Assembly (NCBI GenBank): GCA_963674735.2 | Contig: CAXXQS010000001.1 | Coordinates: forward strand, 1,472,001 to 1,536,000 | DNA length: 64,000 nt | DNA from: Myxococcota bacterium | GTDB taxonomy: Bacteria; Myxococcota_A; SURF-8 | Direction: 5' to 3' | In this document: positions 21,696 to 31,180 of the stretch, piece by piece | Layout: the number at the start of each line of letters is the position of its first letter | Position numbering within the stretch: the stretch's first letter is position 1 | The notes under the pieces: generated by a model | What the model was told of the DNA's origin: nothing | Databases searched by the model: none | The model's input: the letters and a program-made list of their open reading frames with translations, nothing else | Made by a program: the position numbers and the translations under genes

Positions 21696-22601
21696 CTATT
21701 CACTTTTCTTTTCAGCCGCCACACGCTGGGCTTCGATCTGCTGGCTCACCCATTTGATTTTCTGCTGGGCCGCCAGGCGTGTCCAATATCCGAGCTGATC
21801 CTGCGGCAACCCCTTCAAGTAATTCAGCGCCTCGTCGTAGCGCTTCGCCCCGATATAGGCTTCAGCGACTTCCAAACGCGCCTTGTCCGACGGCTCTTTT
21901 TCGATTCCAGCCGCGACGGCCTCCTTCAAACTTTCGATACCTTCATCGTTCCGTTTGAGTTTCAATAGGCTCAACCCACGGTAATAACTCAACATTCCCG
22001 AGTAATCCGACTTATCCAGAAAGTCTTTCGAAAGGCCGAATTCCTGCACGGCGCTCTTGTAACCGCCGATGCGCCATTGCTGAACGCCCTGGTCGTAGTG
22101 CTTACGCGCCAATTCCTCGCGAAAGACGCCGATTTTTTCTTCCAACAGCCGAAACGCCACCTCGCTCAGCTTTTCCCGATTGAGCTTCTTGAACTCGACA
22201 ACCGCGTTTTCCTTGTCTTTTTCTTGTATGAGTTTATATACACCCATGGCGCTTTTACGCATCGCCTCGCGACTGTCCAACTCCAGTTTCGTCGCCGCGG
22301 CGTTCGCGCTCACCCGTTGCAACTCGCTTTGCAAACCCTCGATTTCGTCGTTGAGCGACGATCCTTGCAAGCTTAGAAGCAGGTAAAAAGCCACGCCGAT
22401 CACCACGGCAAACAGCGCGTAAACGCCGATTCCATTGACACGCGCCTTTTGCTCGGCTTGTTTTTGGTTGGCGTCCACCTTCTTCATTTCGGCGAAGATC
22501 GAACGCATGTTGTTATCGGTTTTAATGGTGAGATTTCGCGCCTCAACCACCTCTTTTTTAACCTCTTTCATCTCATGGATAAGAGTTTCAATCTCGTTCA
22601 C
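21696..22601 (-). CDS. Coiled-coil, single-TM, TPR-containing protein
   Basis: GTG after GGGAGG; N-terminal coiled coil, TM helix, TPR-like helices (YYRGLSLLKL, AEAYIGAKRYDEA). Confidence 0.75.
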   Translation of the reverse strand: MNEIETLIHEMKEVKKEVVEARNLTIKTDNNMRSIFAEMKKVDANQKQAEQKARVNGIGVYALFAVVIGVAFYLLLSLQGSSLNDEIEGLQSELQRVSANAAATKLELDSREAMRKSAMGVYKLIQEKDKENAVVEFKKLNREKLSEVAFRLLEEKIGVFREELARKHYDQGVQQWRIGGYKSAVQEFGLSKDFLDKSDYSGMLSYYRGLSLLKLKRNDEGIESLKEAVAAGIEKEPSDKARLEVAEAYIGAKRYDEALNYLKGLPQDQLGYWTRLAAQQKIKWVSQQIEAQRVAAEKKSE

Positions 22602-22767
22602 GGCTACCTCCCGCTTGTTCTCACGATGAAATCGACGTGCTAGGCTAACCGAATCGCGGCCCGCAAGCAAGGTTAAAGTACACGCCTTGCGCCGCATTTC
22701 GCTTGCCGAAGAAACGCGACCATGCTATAGCCAAAAAACGGCTTTTTCCACCACCAAAGGACGCCCG

Positions 22768-23436
22768 ATGAAAATCGTCACCCCATCCGTGCGCATCGAA
22801 ACACCCGAAGATCACATCAAGCAATTCATGCGCATGATCGTCGAGGACGGTCGCGTGTGCCACCCCTTGAAAACCGGCGAAAACCCGGATGATTACGCGG
22901 CTTTCGTTAAAACCTACCTCATCGAGCTGGGCCACGAATCGGTGCTCGAACATGCCGTGATCACCGCCCGCTTCATCTGCGACCGCTCCGCCTCGCACCA
23001 GTTGGTGCGCCACCGCATCGGGGCCTTTTCGCAGGAATCGCAACGCATCAGCGACTACTCGCAAGACGGCATCTCGGTCATTTGTCCGCCTTCCGTGCGC
23101 GAATCGGAAACGGCTTTCGACGCATGGAAAAAGGCCGTCGAGCACATCGAGGGCGTTTACAAATCCCTGATCGCCAACGGCATTCCGCCCGAAGATGCCC
23201 GTTCGGTGCTGCCAAATTGCACCAAAACCGAAATCGTGGCGACCTTCAACCTACGCCAGTGGCGACACATTTTCATGCAGCGCGCCTTGAATCCACGCGC
23301 CCAGTGGCAAATTCGCATGCTCATGACCGACCTGCTCAAAGAAATGACGCGCCTTTTGCCCGCCGTTTTCGAAGACCTGCAGCAGAAAATCCTCTACAAG
23401 CTCGTCTTCGATCCGCCCGAAACCTGGAAGGAATAA
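22768..23436 (+). CDS. thyX: FAD-dependent thymidylate synthase
   Basis: GHESVLEH, RHRIGAFSQES (RHRx7S), EDARSVLP, NLRQWRH, AQWQIR. Confidence 0.93.
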   Translation: MKIVTPSVRIETPEDHIKQFMRMIVEDGRVCHPLKTGENPDDYAAFVKTYLIELGHESVLEHAVITARFICDRSASHQLVRHRIGAFSQESQRISDYSQDGISVICPPSVRESETAFDAWKKAVEHIEGVYKSLIANGIPPEDARSVLPNCTKTEIVATFNLRQWRHIFMQRALNPRAQWQIRMLMTDLLKEMTRLLPAVFEDLQQKILYKLVFDPPETWKE

Positions 23437-23445
23437 CACTGCGGG

Positions 23446-24744
23446 TCAGTCCTCCATGCCGCCTTCCAGATAGCGACTGTAGGCCGCCATATCGAAGTGG
23501 CCATGCCCGGAAAGATTGAACAGAATCACCCGTTCCCGTCCTTCCAGCTTCGCCCGTTCGGCCTCGACGATCGCCGCCCGAATCGCATGCGCCGATTCCG
23601 GAGCCGGGATCACGCCCTCGGCCCGCGCGAAGGTCAGCGCCGCGTCGAAGACCTCTTTCTGGCCCAGCGCCGTCGCTTCGATCAACCCATGATGCAACAG
23701 GTGGCTCACGATCGGCGCCGCGCCATGATAGCGTAAACCGCCCGCATGTATCGACGGCGGGACGAAGTCACACCCCAATGTGTACATCTTCAAAAGCGGC
23801 GTCATGCCTCCCGTATCCCCGAAATCATAGCGGAATTCGCCTTCGGTGAGCGTCGGACACGAACGCGGTTCGGCCGCGACAAAGCGCACGTCACGACCAT
23901 TCAGCTTGTCGCGTAAAAACGGCAGCACGATCCCCGCGAAGTTCGACCCGCCGCCGTGACAGCCGATCACCACATCGGGGTAATCCCCGGCCAACTCCAT
24001 CTGTTTTTGCGCTTCAAGCCCGATCACGGTCTGATGTAAAATAACGTGATTCAACACCGACCCCAACGCATATTTACTGCCCGGCGTTCCCACCGCATCC
24101 TCGATTGCCTCGCTGATGGCCATGCCCAAACTCCCGCTGGTATCGGGCTTTTCCGCCCGTATCCGTTTGCCGATCTGCGTTTTATCGGATGGACTGGCGC
24201 AGATATCGCCACCGAAGGTCTCGACCACGGCACGTCGATAGGGCTTTTGATCGAAGCTGACGCGCACCATATACACCACCACATCCAAACCGAGAAACGT
24301 CCCGGCCATCGACAACGCCGTTCCCCACTGCCCCGCACCGGTTTCCGTCACCAAACGCCCGATGCCCGCTTGTTTGTTGTAGTAAGCCTGAGCGATAGCC
24401 GTGTTGAGTTTGTGACTGCCCGCCGGGCTTGCGCCTTCGTTTTTGTAATAAATCCGGGCCGGTGTTCCCAAGGCCTTTTCCAAGCGGCGCGCGCGGATCA
24501 GCGGCGTCGCCCGGTACAACGCATAGACGTCGCGCACCTCGTCCGGGATGGGAATTTCCGCCTGTACACTGACTTCCTGCTCGATCAACCCCATCGGGAA
24601 AATCGCCTCCATCTTGCCCGGATCGAGCGGTTCGCGTGTCTGCGGATCCAAAGGCGGCGCCAACGCCTGTGGAAGAAGCGGCAGGATGTTCAGATAGTGG
24701 CGCGGAAGGTCGTCATCGTGCAACAGATACTTGATGGTTTGCAT
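23446..24744 (-). CDS. trpB2: TrpB2 (tryptophan synthase beta-like, PLP-dependent)
   Basis: SPAGSHKLN (PLP Lys), TETGAGQWG, GGGSNFAG, HAGGLRYHG, PAPESAHA, NLSGHGHFD. Confidence 0.93.
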   Translation of the reverse strand: MQTIKYLLHDDDLPRHYLNILPLLPQALAPPLDPQTREPLDPGKMEAIFPMGLIEQEVSVQAEIPIPDEVRDVYALYRATPLIRARRLEKALGTPARIYYKNEGASPAGSHKLNTAIAQAYYNKQAGIGRLVTETGAGQWGTALSMAGTFLGLDVVVYMVRVSFDQKPYRRAVVETFGGDICASPSDKTQIGKRIRAEKPDTSGSLGMAISEAIEDAVGTPGSKYALGSVLNHVILHQTVIGLEAQKQMELAGDYPDVVIGCHGGGSNFAGIVLPFLRDKLNGRDVRFVAAEPRSCPTLTEGEFRYDFGDTGGMTPLLKMYTLGCDFVPPSIHAGGLRYHGAAPIVSHLLHHGLIEATALGQKEVFDAALTFARAEGVIPAPESAHAIRAAIVEAERAKLEGRERVILFNLSGHGHFDMAAYSRYLEGGMED

Positions 24745-24770
24745 TACGCATCTCCTTGTCGTCGCTCCGG

Positions 24771-24810
24771 AAACGAAAAAAGCCCACCGACATGCGGTGA
24801 GCTTTCGTTG
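24771..24810 (-). terminator. Attenuator terminator hairpin upstream of trpB2
   Basis: Minus strand AGCTCACCG-CATGT-CGGTGGGCT followed by TTTTTCGTTT, ending 26 nt before the trpB2 ATG. Confidence 0.85.
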
Positions 24811-24834
24811 AACCGGATAGGTTATCAGGTCACA

Positions 24835-24921
24835 CTAAGCGCCACCGCAGGCAAAGATCCCCCACCACCAATTGGTGTTGTTCGTCAGAGCCGCCGTGAT
24901 GTTCAGTGCCGTCGTTCTCAT
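24835..24921 (-). CDS. trpL: Trp leader peptide (TrpL-like, 28 aa)
   Basis: ATG 24921 to TAG 24835 encodes MRTTALNITAALTNNTNWWWGIFACGGA with three tandem TGG codons, directly upstream of the terminator and trpB2. Confidence 0.85.
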   Translation of the reverse strand: MRTTALNITAALTNNTNWWWGIFACGGA

Positions 24922-24970
24922 ACTTTTACTCTAACCAATCACCCGCCGCCTGGCAAGCGAAATCACACCG

Positions 24971-27106
24971 TCAGCGATGATTGGCCGACCAGGCCTCAAG
25001 CAGGTTCCCCAAATCGCCGCCGAACGCCTGCTGCAGCGCCTGATTGGGTTTTTCTCCCGCCGCGATGTTGCCGGCTGCCAGCCGTAGTCCGCTCATCTGG
25101 TAATTCTCGATTAAAAAACCCACCAGCGAGGTCGCCTGGGCCAAACTCGCCCCGCCACCTTCGTCGATACTTTCAAGCCACAACTCCGGATCCGGCTTTT
25201 GCGGAAGCTTGCCCAGCTTCGGCTCGAATTCGTAAACCCCCGGATGCAATTGCGCCATCACATACAAGCCGAAACCGCGTTCCATCCAGGCCGGTAAAGC
25301 ATGTTCGCCCCACCCTTTCAAAATGCAGCGCGCCATCATGGCAACCAGCATCGGACGCAAGCGCGGATCATCCGGTTCGATTCCACCTACCGGAACCGTC
25401 ATGCGTCCGCGCGTACTCGCCGTCAGCATTCCGAAACTGCGCACCGCCGGAGCGAAGGCCCGCGCACCATCGAAGTCGATCCGCGATTGGCGGGAGGGAA
25501 AATGCCCGATCAGCATGCCGATGCGCGACAAGTCACTCTCGCATTGCCCCGCCAGTTTTTCCAAAACGGCGGCATCGCCCCAACCCCGCGAACGCAGATG
25601 AAGCAGGCCATCGGCCGTCTTGAATTCGACCAGCGTCAGTTCCGCCGCATCGCTCTCCGGTTCAACGGCCTCCGGCGCTTTCGCTTCCGCAGCGGCCGTT
25701 TTCGCAACGGGAACGTTCTCTGCAGGCTTCGACCCAGGCGTCGGGCCTCCCAGCGCCGCCCAAACGATAACCGCCAGCAGCACGACCGCGCCCGCCAACG
25801 CCCCCAACATCCAGCGACGCGAATGCCCGTTGGAGCTTTTCTCCGGTTTTGGCCGGACACGACCGGCATCATGCTCGACATGTCCACCGAAGCTGCGATT
25901 GATCGTAAGTGTCGGGCGGCTGGTTTCCGGTCGTTCCTTCTTCACGGCGCTTTGTTTCAGCTCGATCACGGCGCCCATGGCAAACAGTCGGTTACGAAAT
26001 TGCTTGGCCTTTTCCTGCTCGATTCGCGTGGCCAGGATAACCGGCGTTTTCTTCAGAAGCTGCAGGATCGTCGCACGCGGCTTCGTCGTCGTGCGCACCA
26101 TGTAATCCGCCACCCGCTCCATCGCCTGCGGCTCGGAAAAACCGTTCAGGTGCACCGAATAAAACACCACTTCCTTCTCGGGCGGCTCGAAACGCTGCTG
26201 ACAGCGCGAACACTGCTGTTCCGCTCCCACCCGCGACACCACCGCGCAATTCTCGCAATAACTCCACTCACTGACCGCAAACTCGGGGCTGACCGTCGCG
26301 ATTCGCCCCAGCCGTTCCAATAACTCATCGTAATCGCGAAAGCGGTCCGCAGGCGACTTGGCCATCATGCGTTCCACCAGTTGCGCCAACTCCTCGGGCA
26401 AATCGGGATTCCCCGCCCGCAGGTTCGGCACCGGCTCTTGCACGTGCTTCATCAAGACGCCCATCGGATTTTCGGCCTGATAGGGCACCGCTCCCGATAG
26501 CAACTCGAAAAACGTCACCCCCAGCGAATACATGTCCGAGCGCAAATCCGCCGATTCGCCTTTGGCCTGTTCCGGGCTGATATAATTCGGAGTTCCCAAC
26601 GCGAAACCGGTGCGCGTCAGCGACGAATCGCTCTCCTGCACCTTGGCCAATCCGAAATCCACCAATTTCGTGTTTCCCGATTCCTCGATCATGATGTTGC
26701 CGGGCTTCACATCACGGTGCAAAATCCCGTTGTCACTAGCGAATTTCAACGCCGATGCGGTTTGAATCATGATGTCGAGCAGATCCTGCCCCTTCACCAC
26801 CATCCGGTCGTGCACCAGATCGCCCAACGCCCGACCGTCGATATATTCCATCGCGTAAAAAGGCAAGTCGTCTTCGGTTCGCCCGATAAAGAAAACATGG
26901 GCGATGTTCGGATGCTTCAAGTTGGCCGCCGCACGCGCTTCCCGTTCGAAGCGCGCCAGGTTCTCTTCGTCGCTCACGATCGCCGGAGATAAAACCTTGA
27001 TGGCCACCTTCATCGCGAGGCTTTCGTCCAGCCCCTCATAAACGCTACCCATCGCACCTTCGCCAAGTTTTTTCGAAATCTTGTAATGCGCAATACGTTT
27101 ATACAT
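24971..27106 (-). CDS. Hanks-type Ser/Thr kinase with Zn-ribbon, TM helix and extracytoplasmic domain
   Basis: LGEGAMGSVY, VAIK, HRDVKPGN, DFGLA, GTPNYISPE; CENC...CSRC; TM helix; ATG after GGAGG. Confidence 0.92.
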   Translation of the reverse strand: MYKRIAHYKISKKLGEGAMGSVYEGLDESLAMKVAIKVLSPAIVSDEENLARFEREARAAANLKHPNIAHVFFIGRTEDDLPFYAMEYIDGRALGDLVHDRMVVKGQDLLDIMIQTASALKFASDNGILHRDVKPGNIMIEESGNTKLVDFGLAKVQESDSSLTRTGFALGTPNYISPEQAKGESADLRSDMYSLGVTFFELLSGAVPYQAENPMGVLMKHVQEPVPNLRAGNPDLPEELAQLVERMMAKSPADRFRDYDELLERLGRIATVSPEFAVSEWSYCENCAVVSRVGAEQQCSRCQQRFEPPEKEVVFYSVHLNGFSEPQAMERVADYMVRTTTKPRATILQLLKKTPVILATRIEQEKAKQFRNRLFAMGAVIELKQSAVKKERPETSRPTLTINRSFGGHVEHDAGRVRPKPEKSSNGHSRRWMLGALAGAVVLLAVIVWAALGGPTPGSKPAENVPVAKTAAAEAKAPEAVEPESDAAELTLVEFKTADGLLHLRSRGWGDAAVLEKLAGQCESDLSRIGMLIGHFPSRQSRIDFDGARAFAPAVRSFGMLTASTRGRMTVPVGGIEPDDPRLRPMLVAMMARCILKGWGEHALPAWMERGFGLYVMAQLHPGVYEFEPKLGKLPQKPDPELWLESIDEGGGASLAQATSLVGFLIENYQMSGLRLAAGNIAAGEKPNQALQQAFGGDLGNLLEAWSANHR

Positions 27107-27243
27107 TCGGCCAACCTCCCGCAATCAACCGCTCTTCCCAACTCATCCGCCAACGGTGTCCGGTCAACCTCACAGGTCCGTCGCAAAACAGCCCGACTCG
27201 TCCGATGGTGACTTGGCGATATGTTGAATGTCCTTCGCCTCCC

Positions 27244-27271
27244 AGTTTAGTCCATCCCCGCCGCTTGTCAA
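27244..27271 (-). promoter_or_regulatory. Candidate sigma70 promoter for the kinase gene
   Basis: TTGACA-16 bp-TAAACT on the minus strand. Confidence 0.5.
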
Positions 27272-27599
27272 ATTCCCCGCAGCGAGCCCCCCGAAAACGT
27301 GCCCCGATTGGCGGCGGGTGGGAGGACCGGCGGGGCCCTGGCTTCCGGCACGACCCTTGCTCACCGATCTCCCGGCGCGGGGAGTCGCAGCGGGCCTGTC
27401 GCCACCGCTGAACGCCGCATCGCAAAACCGCGACACCCGTCCGCTGCGGCCGCCGTGCCGGGACGACCGGGCCAAAAAGCAAGGGGCGTGACGCTGCCGG
27501 GGCCGTGACGGTCCGGGGTGGGCGCAAGGGAATGCACACCCGTTTTCGGGGGCGTAGGCGAAGCCTCTTTCGTGTTGCACACAGGGGACGAAAGCCCCT

Positions 27600-27628
27600 T
27601 TGACGGACACACGCCGGGGTGGTATACA
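27600..27628 (+). promoter_or_regulatory. Candidate sigma70 promoter for the lipoprotein gene
   Basis: TTGACG-17 bp-TATACA with a TGn extension. Confidence 0.5.
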
Positions 27629-27695
27629 TGATCCCCGTAACACGGATTGCGACCGGCGCAGCCCGGTCGGCATTTAGCGGAAGGAAGTGGCAATC

Positions 27696-29063
27696 ATGAC
27701 TAAGCAAAATCAGCATCTCTCTCTTTGGCTCATCCTGCTTTTGATCCTCCCCCTTCTTCCGGCTTGCGGCGGAGATTCCGACGATAAGTCGGCCGACGGC
27801 GACGCACCCGTCTATCATCCCGACGGCGACACCCCCGATGGCGACAGCCCCGACGGCGACGATCCGGCCGATGGCGACACCCCCGACGGTGACAACCCGG
27901 CCGACGGCGACGATATCGAACCCTGTGAAGGCAATTGCAATTCCGCCGACTACACGAAATGCAGCGGCGACAACGTCTGTATTTGCGAATCGGGTAGCTG
28001 GAATCTCTACAACTGCTCCGACATCTGCGAAGGTCAGGGAAAATGTCCGGCCGGTTGCGGAGTGGCCGATTACGACTATCCTTACTGCATCTGCTCCGAT
28101 GACCAAAATCTCTGTGAAAACGACGACCCCGACGGCGACACCCCGGACGGCGACGACCCGCTGGAAAACTGCCCCGCCGATGACGACGTGTTCGATCCGA
28201 ACAATCCCGGCACCTCCATCGATTTCCTGATCGCCAGCATGGATGTCATGGGCCAGGCGACCACCATGGCCGTCGGCATTCTCACCCCGGCCGCGCGCGA
28301 ACAATTCGAAACCGCCGCCGCCAAAGCCGAACAGCCGCTCGACACCTGCCAATTCCTCAATGACACGGCATCGACCCCCAGCTGCCAATACGACACCGAT
28401 TGCGCCCCCGAGCAGGTCTGTCTACCGGAAACCAGCGACGGTCAGCCCATCGAAAATTCCGAGCGCTGCGTCACCGAAGTCGAGCCCGTCGATGTCGGTC
28501 CCTTCACCGTCTCCGGTTTCGTGGGCCAGCCCAAAACCTTCGCCTACAACGCCGGTCAATCGGGCGCGTACACGGAAGGCGGTCAGGGAGACGGCCAGAT
28601 CGACCCGGCCAGTATCGCCTTCGATACCGATTACGAACTCGACGGCACGGGCGACGCCGCCCAGGGACTCGGCGCTTATGCCGCCCGTTTCCATTCCCCG
28701 GCGCAGATCACCCTCACCTCGCCCCCGGTCACGATGGATCCACAGTGGCAGATCCCGGTCATCTCCGTCAATCCCGCCCAGGATCTCACCTTCACGTGGG
28801 ACGGCTCGGACAATCCGGACAACACCCTCACGCTCTCCCTCAGCGGCGGCAACGGCACGCTCAATTGCCGTCTGCGCGACGATGGCCAGCACGTCGTCTC
28901 ATCGGCGGATCTCACCGCCCTCGGCTTCAACGCCATGCTTTCGATGATGAATGCCGTAACCGTGCAATCCGACGCTTTTGCACCCATCTGCGGTTCCGGG
29001 GTGACCCGCGGGCAAGTCACCTTCCAGCAGATGATCATGCTGTTCGCGCAGGTCGCTCAATAA
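27696..29063 (+). CDS. Cys-rich lipoprotein with DGD repeats
   Basis: Lipobox LPAC, repeated DGDxP-like units, Cys-rich modules, beta-rich C-terminal domain. Confidence 0.8.
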   Translation: MTKQNQHLSLWLILLLILPLLPACGGDSDDKSADGDAPVYHPDGDTPDGDSPDGDDPADGDTPDGDNPADGDDIEPCEGNCNSADYTKCSGDNVCICESGSWNLYNCSDICEGQGKCPAGCGVADYDYPYCICSDDQNLCENDDPDGDTPDGDDPLENCPADDDVFDPNNPGTSIDFLIASMDVMGQATTMAVGILTPAAREQFETAAAKAEQPLDTCQFLNDTASTPSCQYDTDCAPEQVCLPETSDGQPIENSERCVTEVEPVDVGPFTVSGFVGQPKTFAYNAGQSGAYTEGGQGDGQIDPASIAFDTDYELDGTGDAAQGLGAYAARFHSPAQITLTSPPVTMDPQWQIPVISVNPAQDLTFTWDGSDNPDNTLTLSLSGGNGTLNCRLRDDGQHVVSSADLTALGFNAMLSMMNAVTVQSDAFAPICGSGVTRGQVTFQQMIMLFAQVAQ

Positions 29064-29093
29064 CCGGATCGGCAGCGACACGGAGGCGAGCCC

Positions 29094-29336
29094 ATGGCTC
29101 AAAAAAATAAAGGCGCGAAGGTCGGCCCGATGGTGAAGATGGGGATTTTCACCATTGTGGCTTTACTCTTCTGGTTGCGCTACCACTATTGCTACCATCC
29201 CGTCCTCAATCGCGTCGGCCCCCATCCCGCTGCGCAAACCGAGACGGCCGCGCCCCCGCAACCGGACTCGCCAACGCCCGTTCCGGACCCGCAGCCAACG
29301 TCCGGAGAACGTCCCGCGCCGTCTCCGTCCCCATAG
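29094..29336 (+). CDS. Small single-TM protein with a Pro-rich tail
   Basis: ATG after GGAGG; one hydrophobic helix; followed by a terminator. Confidence 0.6.
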   Translation: MAQKNKGAKVGPMVKMGIFTIVALLFWLRYHYCYHPVLNRVGPHPAAQTETAAPPQPDSPTPVPDPQPTSGERPAPSPSP

Positions 29337-29344
29337 ACACGGAC

Positions 29345-29373
29345 AAAAAAAGCCCCGTCACAGCGGGGCTTTT
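29345..29373. terminator. Bidirectional intrinsic terminator
   Basis: AAAAAAAGCCCCG-TCACAG-CGGGGCTTTT between convergent genes. Confidence 0.8.
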
Positions 29374-29397
29374 CAACGAGTCGTTTGAGTGAACCAT

Positions 29398-31137
29398 TCA
29401 GGGAGTGACTACCGCTTCCGGTGCGGGTTGGGCACTCTGTGCCGAGGTGGGTTGTGGCGCAACAACCGGTTTCACGGGTACCGTTTCCAAGCTCGGCGGC
29501 TGCGCGACAGGCGTTGCAGCGGCTGCGGCCGGAGTCGCCGCCGGTGGCACCGCCGCTTCGGGGGTTGAAACCGGCTCCTTTGCCGGAGCCTCCGCCGGAG
29601 TGGGAATGACAAGCGGGACCAGCGGAACGGACATTGGAACCACATTGGCCGCAATCATCTTCTCGATCTCTTTGAAACGGGGACCATAGCGAACGCCGTC
29701 GAACGCACGATGCTGCAAAAACGCGGGATCGTCGAAACCGAGTTCCGCCGCTTCCGCCAACCGATCCACACCGGCTCGCAACCGCCCCTGCGAACATAGA
29801 ATCGCGGCCAGCCGCACCCGTGGTTCGGGATGGTTGGGGATCAGATCGGCCGCACGCGTAAACGCTCGGGCGGCGTCATCATAGTAGCGCGGTCCCTGGT
29901 CGAAATAGGCGTACCCCAGATGCAACTGGGTACGCCCGTTGTCCGGCGCAAACTGCGCCGACAAGCCCAGTTCCGCAATCGCCGCTTCCAACAGACCGTT
30001 CTTATAATGCAAAATGCCCAGTTCCCGATGAGACACGGGTCGAACCGGATCGAGGGTGATCGACTGAATGAATGATTTCTGGGCGGCTTCATTGCGTTCC
30101 AAATAAACCTGCGCCAGCCCGAGTTTCTCGTAATGATCGCTCACAGCCGGTTCCAGATCCACCAGACGGGCATATTGATCGGCCGCCAGATCATAACGGT
30201 TGGTCGTCATGCCCAGATTTCCAAGAAGCACCGTCAAGCCGATGTGATCGGCCATCTTTTTTTGGGCGGCCAAGCCATGACGGATCGCCTCGGCCTTCTC
30301 CTCGCCCAGACTCAGAAGCTGCGCCATCAACGCATGCGCGCCGCCATGATCGGGCTTTGCCGCGAGAACCTGCTCCAGTTCGGCACGCGCGTCAACCAGA
30401 CGCCCCTGCATGAAAAGTGCGCCCGCCAATCCGAAATGAATTTCGATGTCATCCTGGATCGCCATGGCTTCTTTGAAACGCGCCTCGGCTCCTTTCGGGT
30501 CGCCCAGTTGCAGAAGCGTACCCCCCAGGCGCACCAATACCGGAACCGAGCGCGGGAAGATCGCCAGCGCTTTTTCATAAGCCTCACGGGCTTTTTCCAT
30601 CTCGCCGATACGAAAATAATGGTTGCCGATAAAGGCCTGCCCGTAATGTTTGTCGGGTTGAGCGGCCACGATGCGATCCAGCCAGCCCATCAGACGCGCG
30701 TCGCTATCGAGTTTGGGCCAGACGGCCGCCGACAGCACCGGGGCCGTATGATCGGCCGGATCAAACTCAATGGCGCGCACGAAAAAGTCGGCGGCATCGG
30801 CGTTCGCACCCAGATTCAAACGACAGCGCGCCGTGTCCAGAACCGCCTGCCATCGAAGCTCGGGGGCCGTTTCTCCGGCCAACGCTTTTTGCAGATGCGG
30901 TAGCGCTTCCAGCCATTGCTTTTTTTCCGTCAAAATACGGCCGATCCAGGCATGTGCTTCGGGATGATCCTCATATTCCAGGGATGCCGCATATTCCGTC
31001 CGGGCGAGATCATACTGGTTTTGACTGAACTGAACCGCCCCACGCTCGCGGTGTTTGGCGGCGTACTGCGAGGCACAGCTTGCAAGAAACAAAACCGCCA
31101 CGACAAAACAGACAAACAGGCTTGATCGACGCATCAC
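29398..31137 (-). CDS. TPR-repeat lipoprotein
   Basis: Lipobox LASC, many TPR units, Pro/Ala-rich C-terminal tail. Confidence 0.85.
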   Translation of the reverse strand: MMRRSSLFVCFVVAVLFLASCASQYAAKHRERGAVQFSQNQYDLARTEYAASLEYEDHPEAHAWIGRILTEKKQWLEALPHLQKALAGETAPELRWQAVLDTARCRLNLGANADAADFFVRAIEFDPADHTAPVLSAAVWPKLDSDARLMGWLDRIVAAQPDKHYGQAFIGNHYFRIGEMEKAREAYEKALAIFPRSVPVLVRLGGTLLQLGDPKGAEARFKEAMAIQDDIEIHFGLAGALFMQGRLVDARAELEQVLAAKPDHGGAHALMAQLLSLGEEKAEAIRHGLAAQKKMADHIGLTVLLGNLGMTTNRYDLAADQYARLVDLEPAVSDHYEKLGLAQVYLERNEAAQKSFIQSITLDPVRPVSHRELGILHYKNGLLEAAIAELGLSAQFAPDNGRTQLHLGYAYFDQGPRYYDDAARAFTRAADLIPNHPEPRVRLAAILCSQGRLRAGVDRLAEAAELGFDDPAFLQHRAFDGVRYGPRFKEIEKMIAANVVPMSVPLVPLVIPTPAEAPAKEPVSTPEAAVPPAATPAAAAATPVAQPPSLETVPVKPVVAPQPTSAQSAQPAPEAVVTP

Positions 31138-31180
31138 TTACATCTCTTTCGGTAACGGACAGATATCACCAAAATCGGAA

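Noticed and set aside
24745-24970. T-box riboswitch before trpB2
   Set aside because: No T-box consensus or stem I; the leader-peptide attenuator explains the region.
24046-25623. 525-aa plus-strand ORF and other long antisense ORFs (e.g. 27099-28388, 13061-14200, 16351-17343, 9998-11035)
   Set aside because: They are shadow frames of well-supported genes in GC-rich DNA and have no recognisable motifs.
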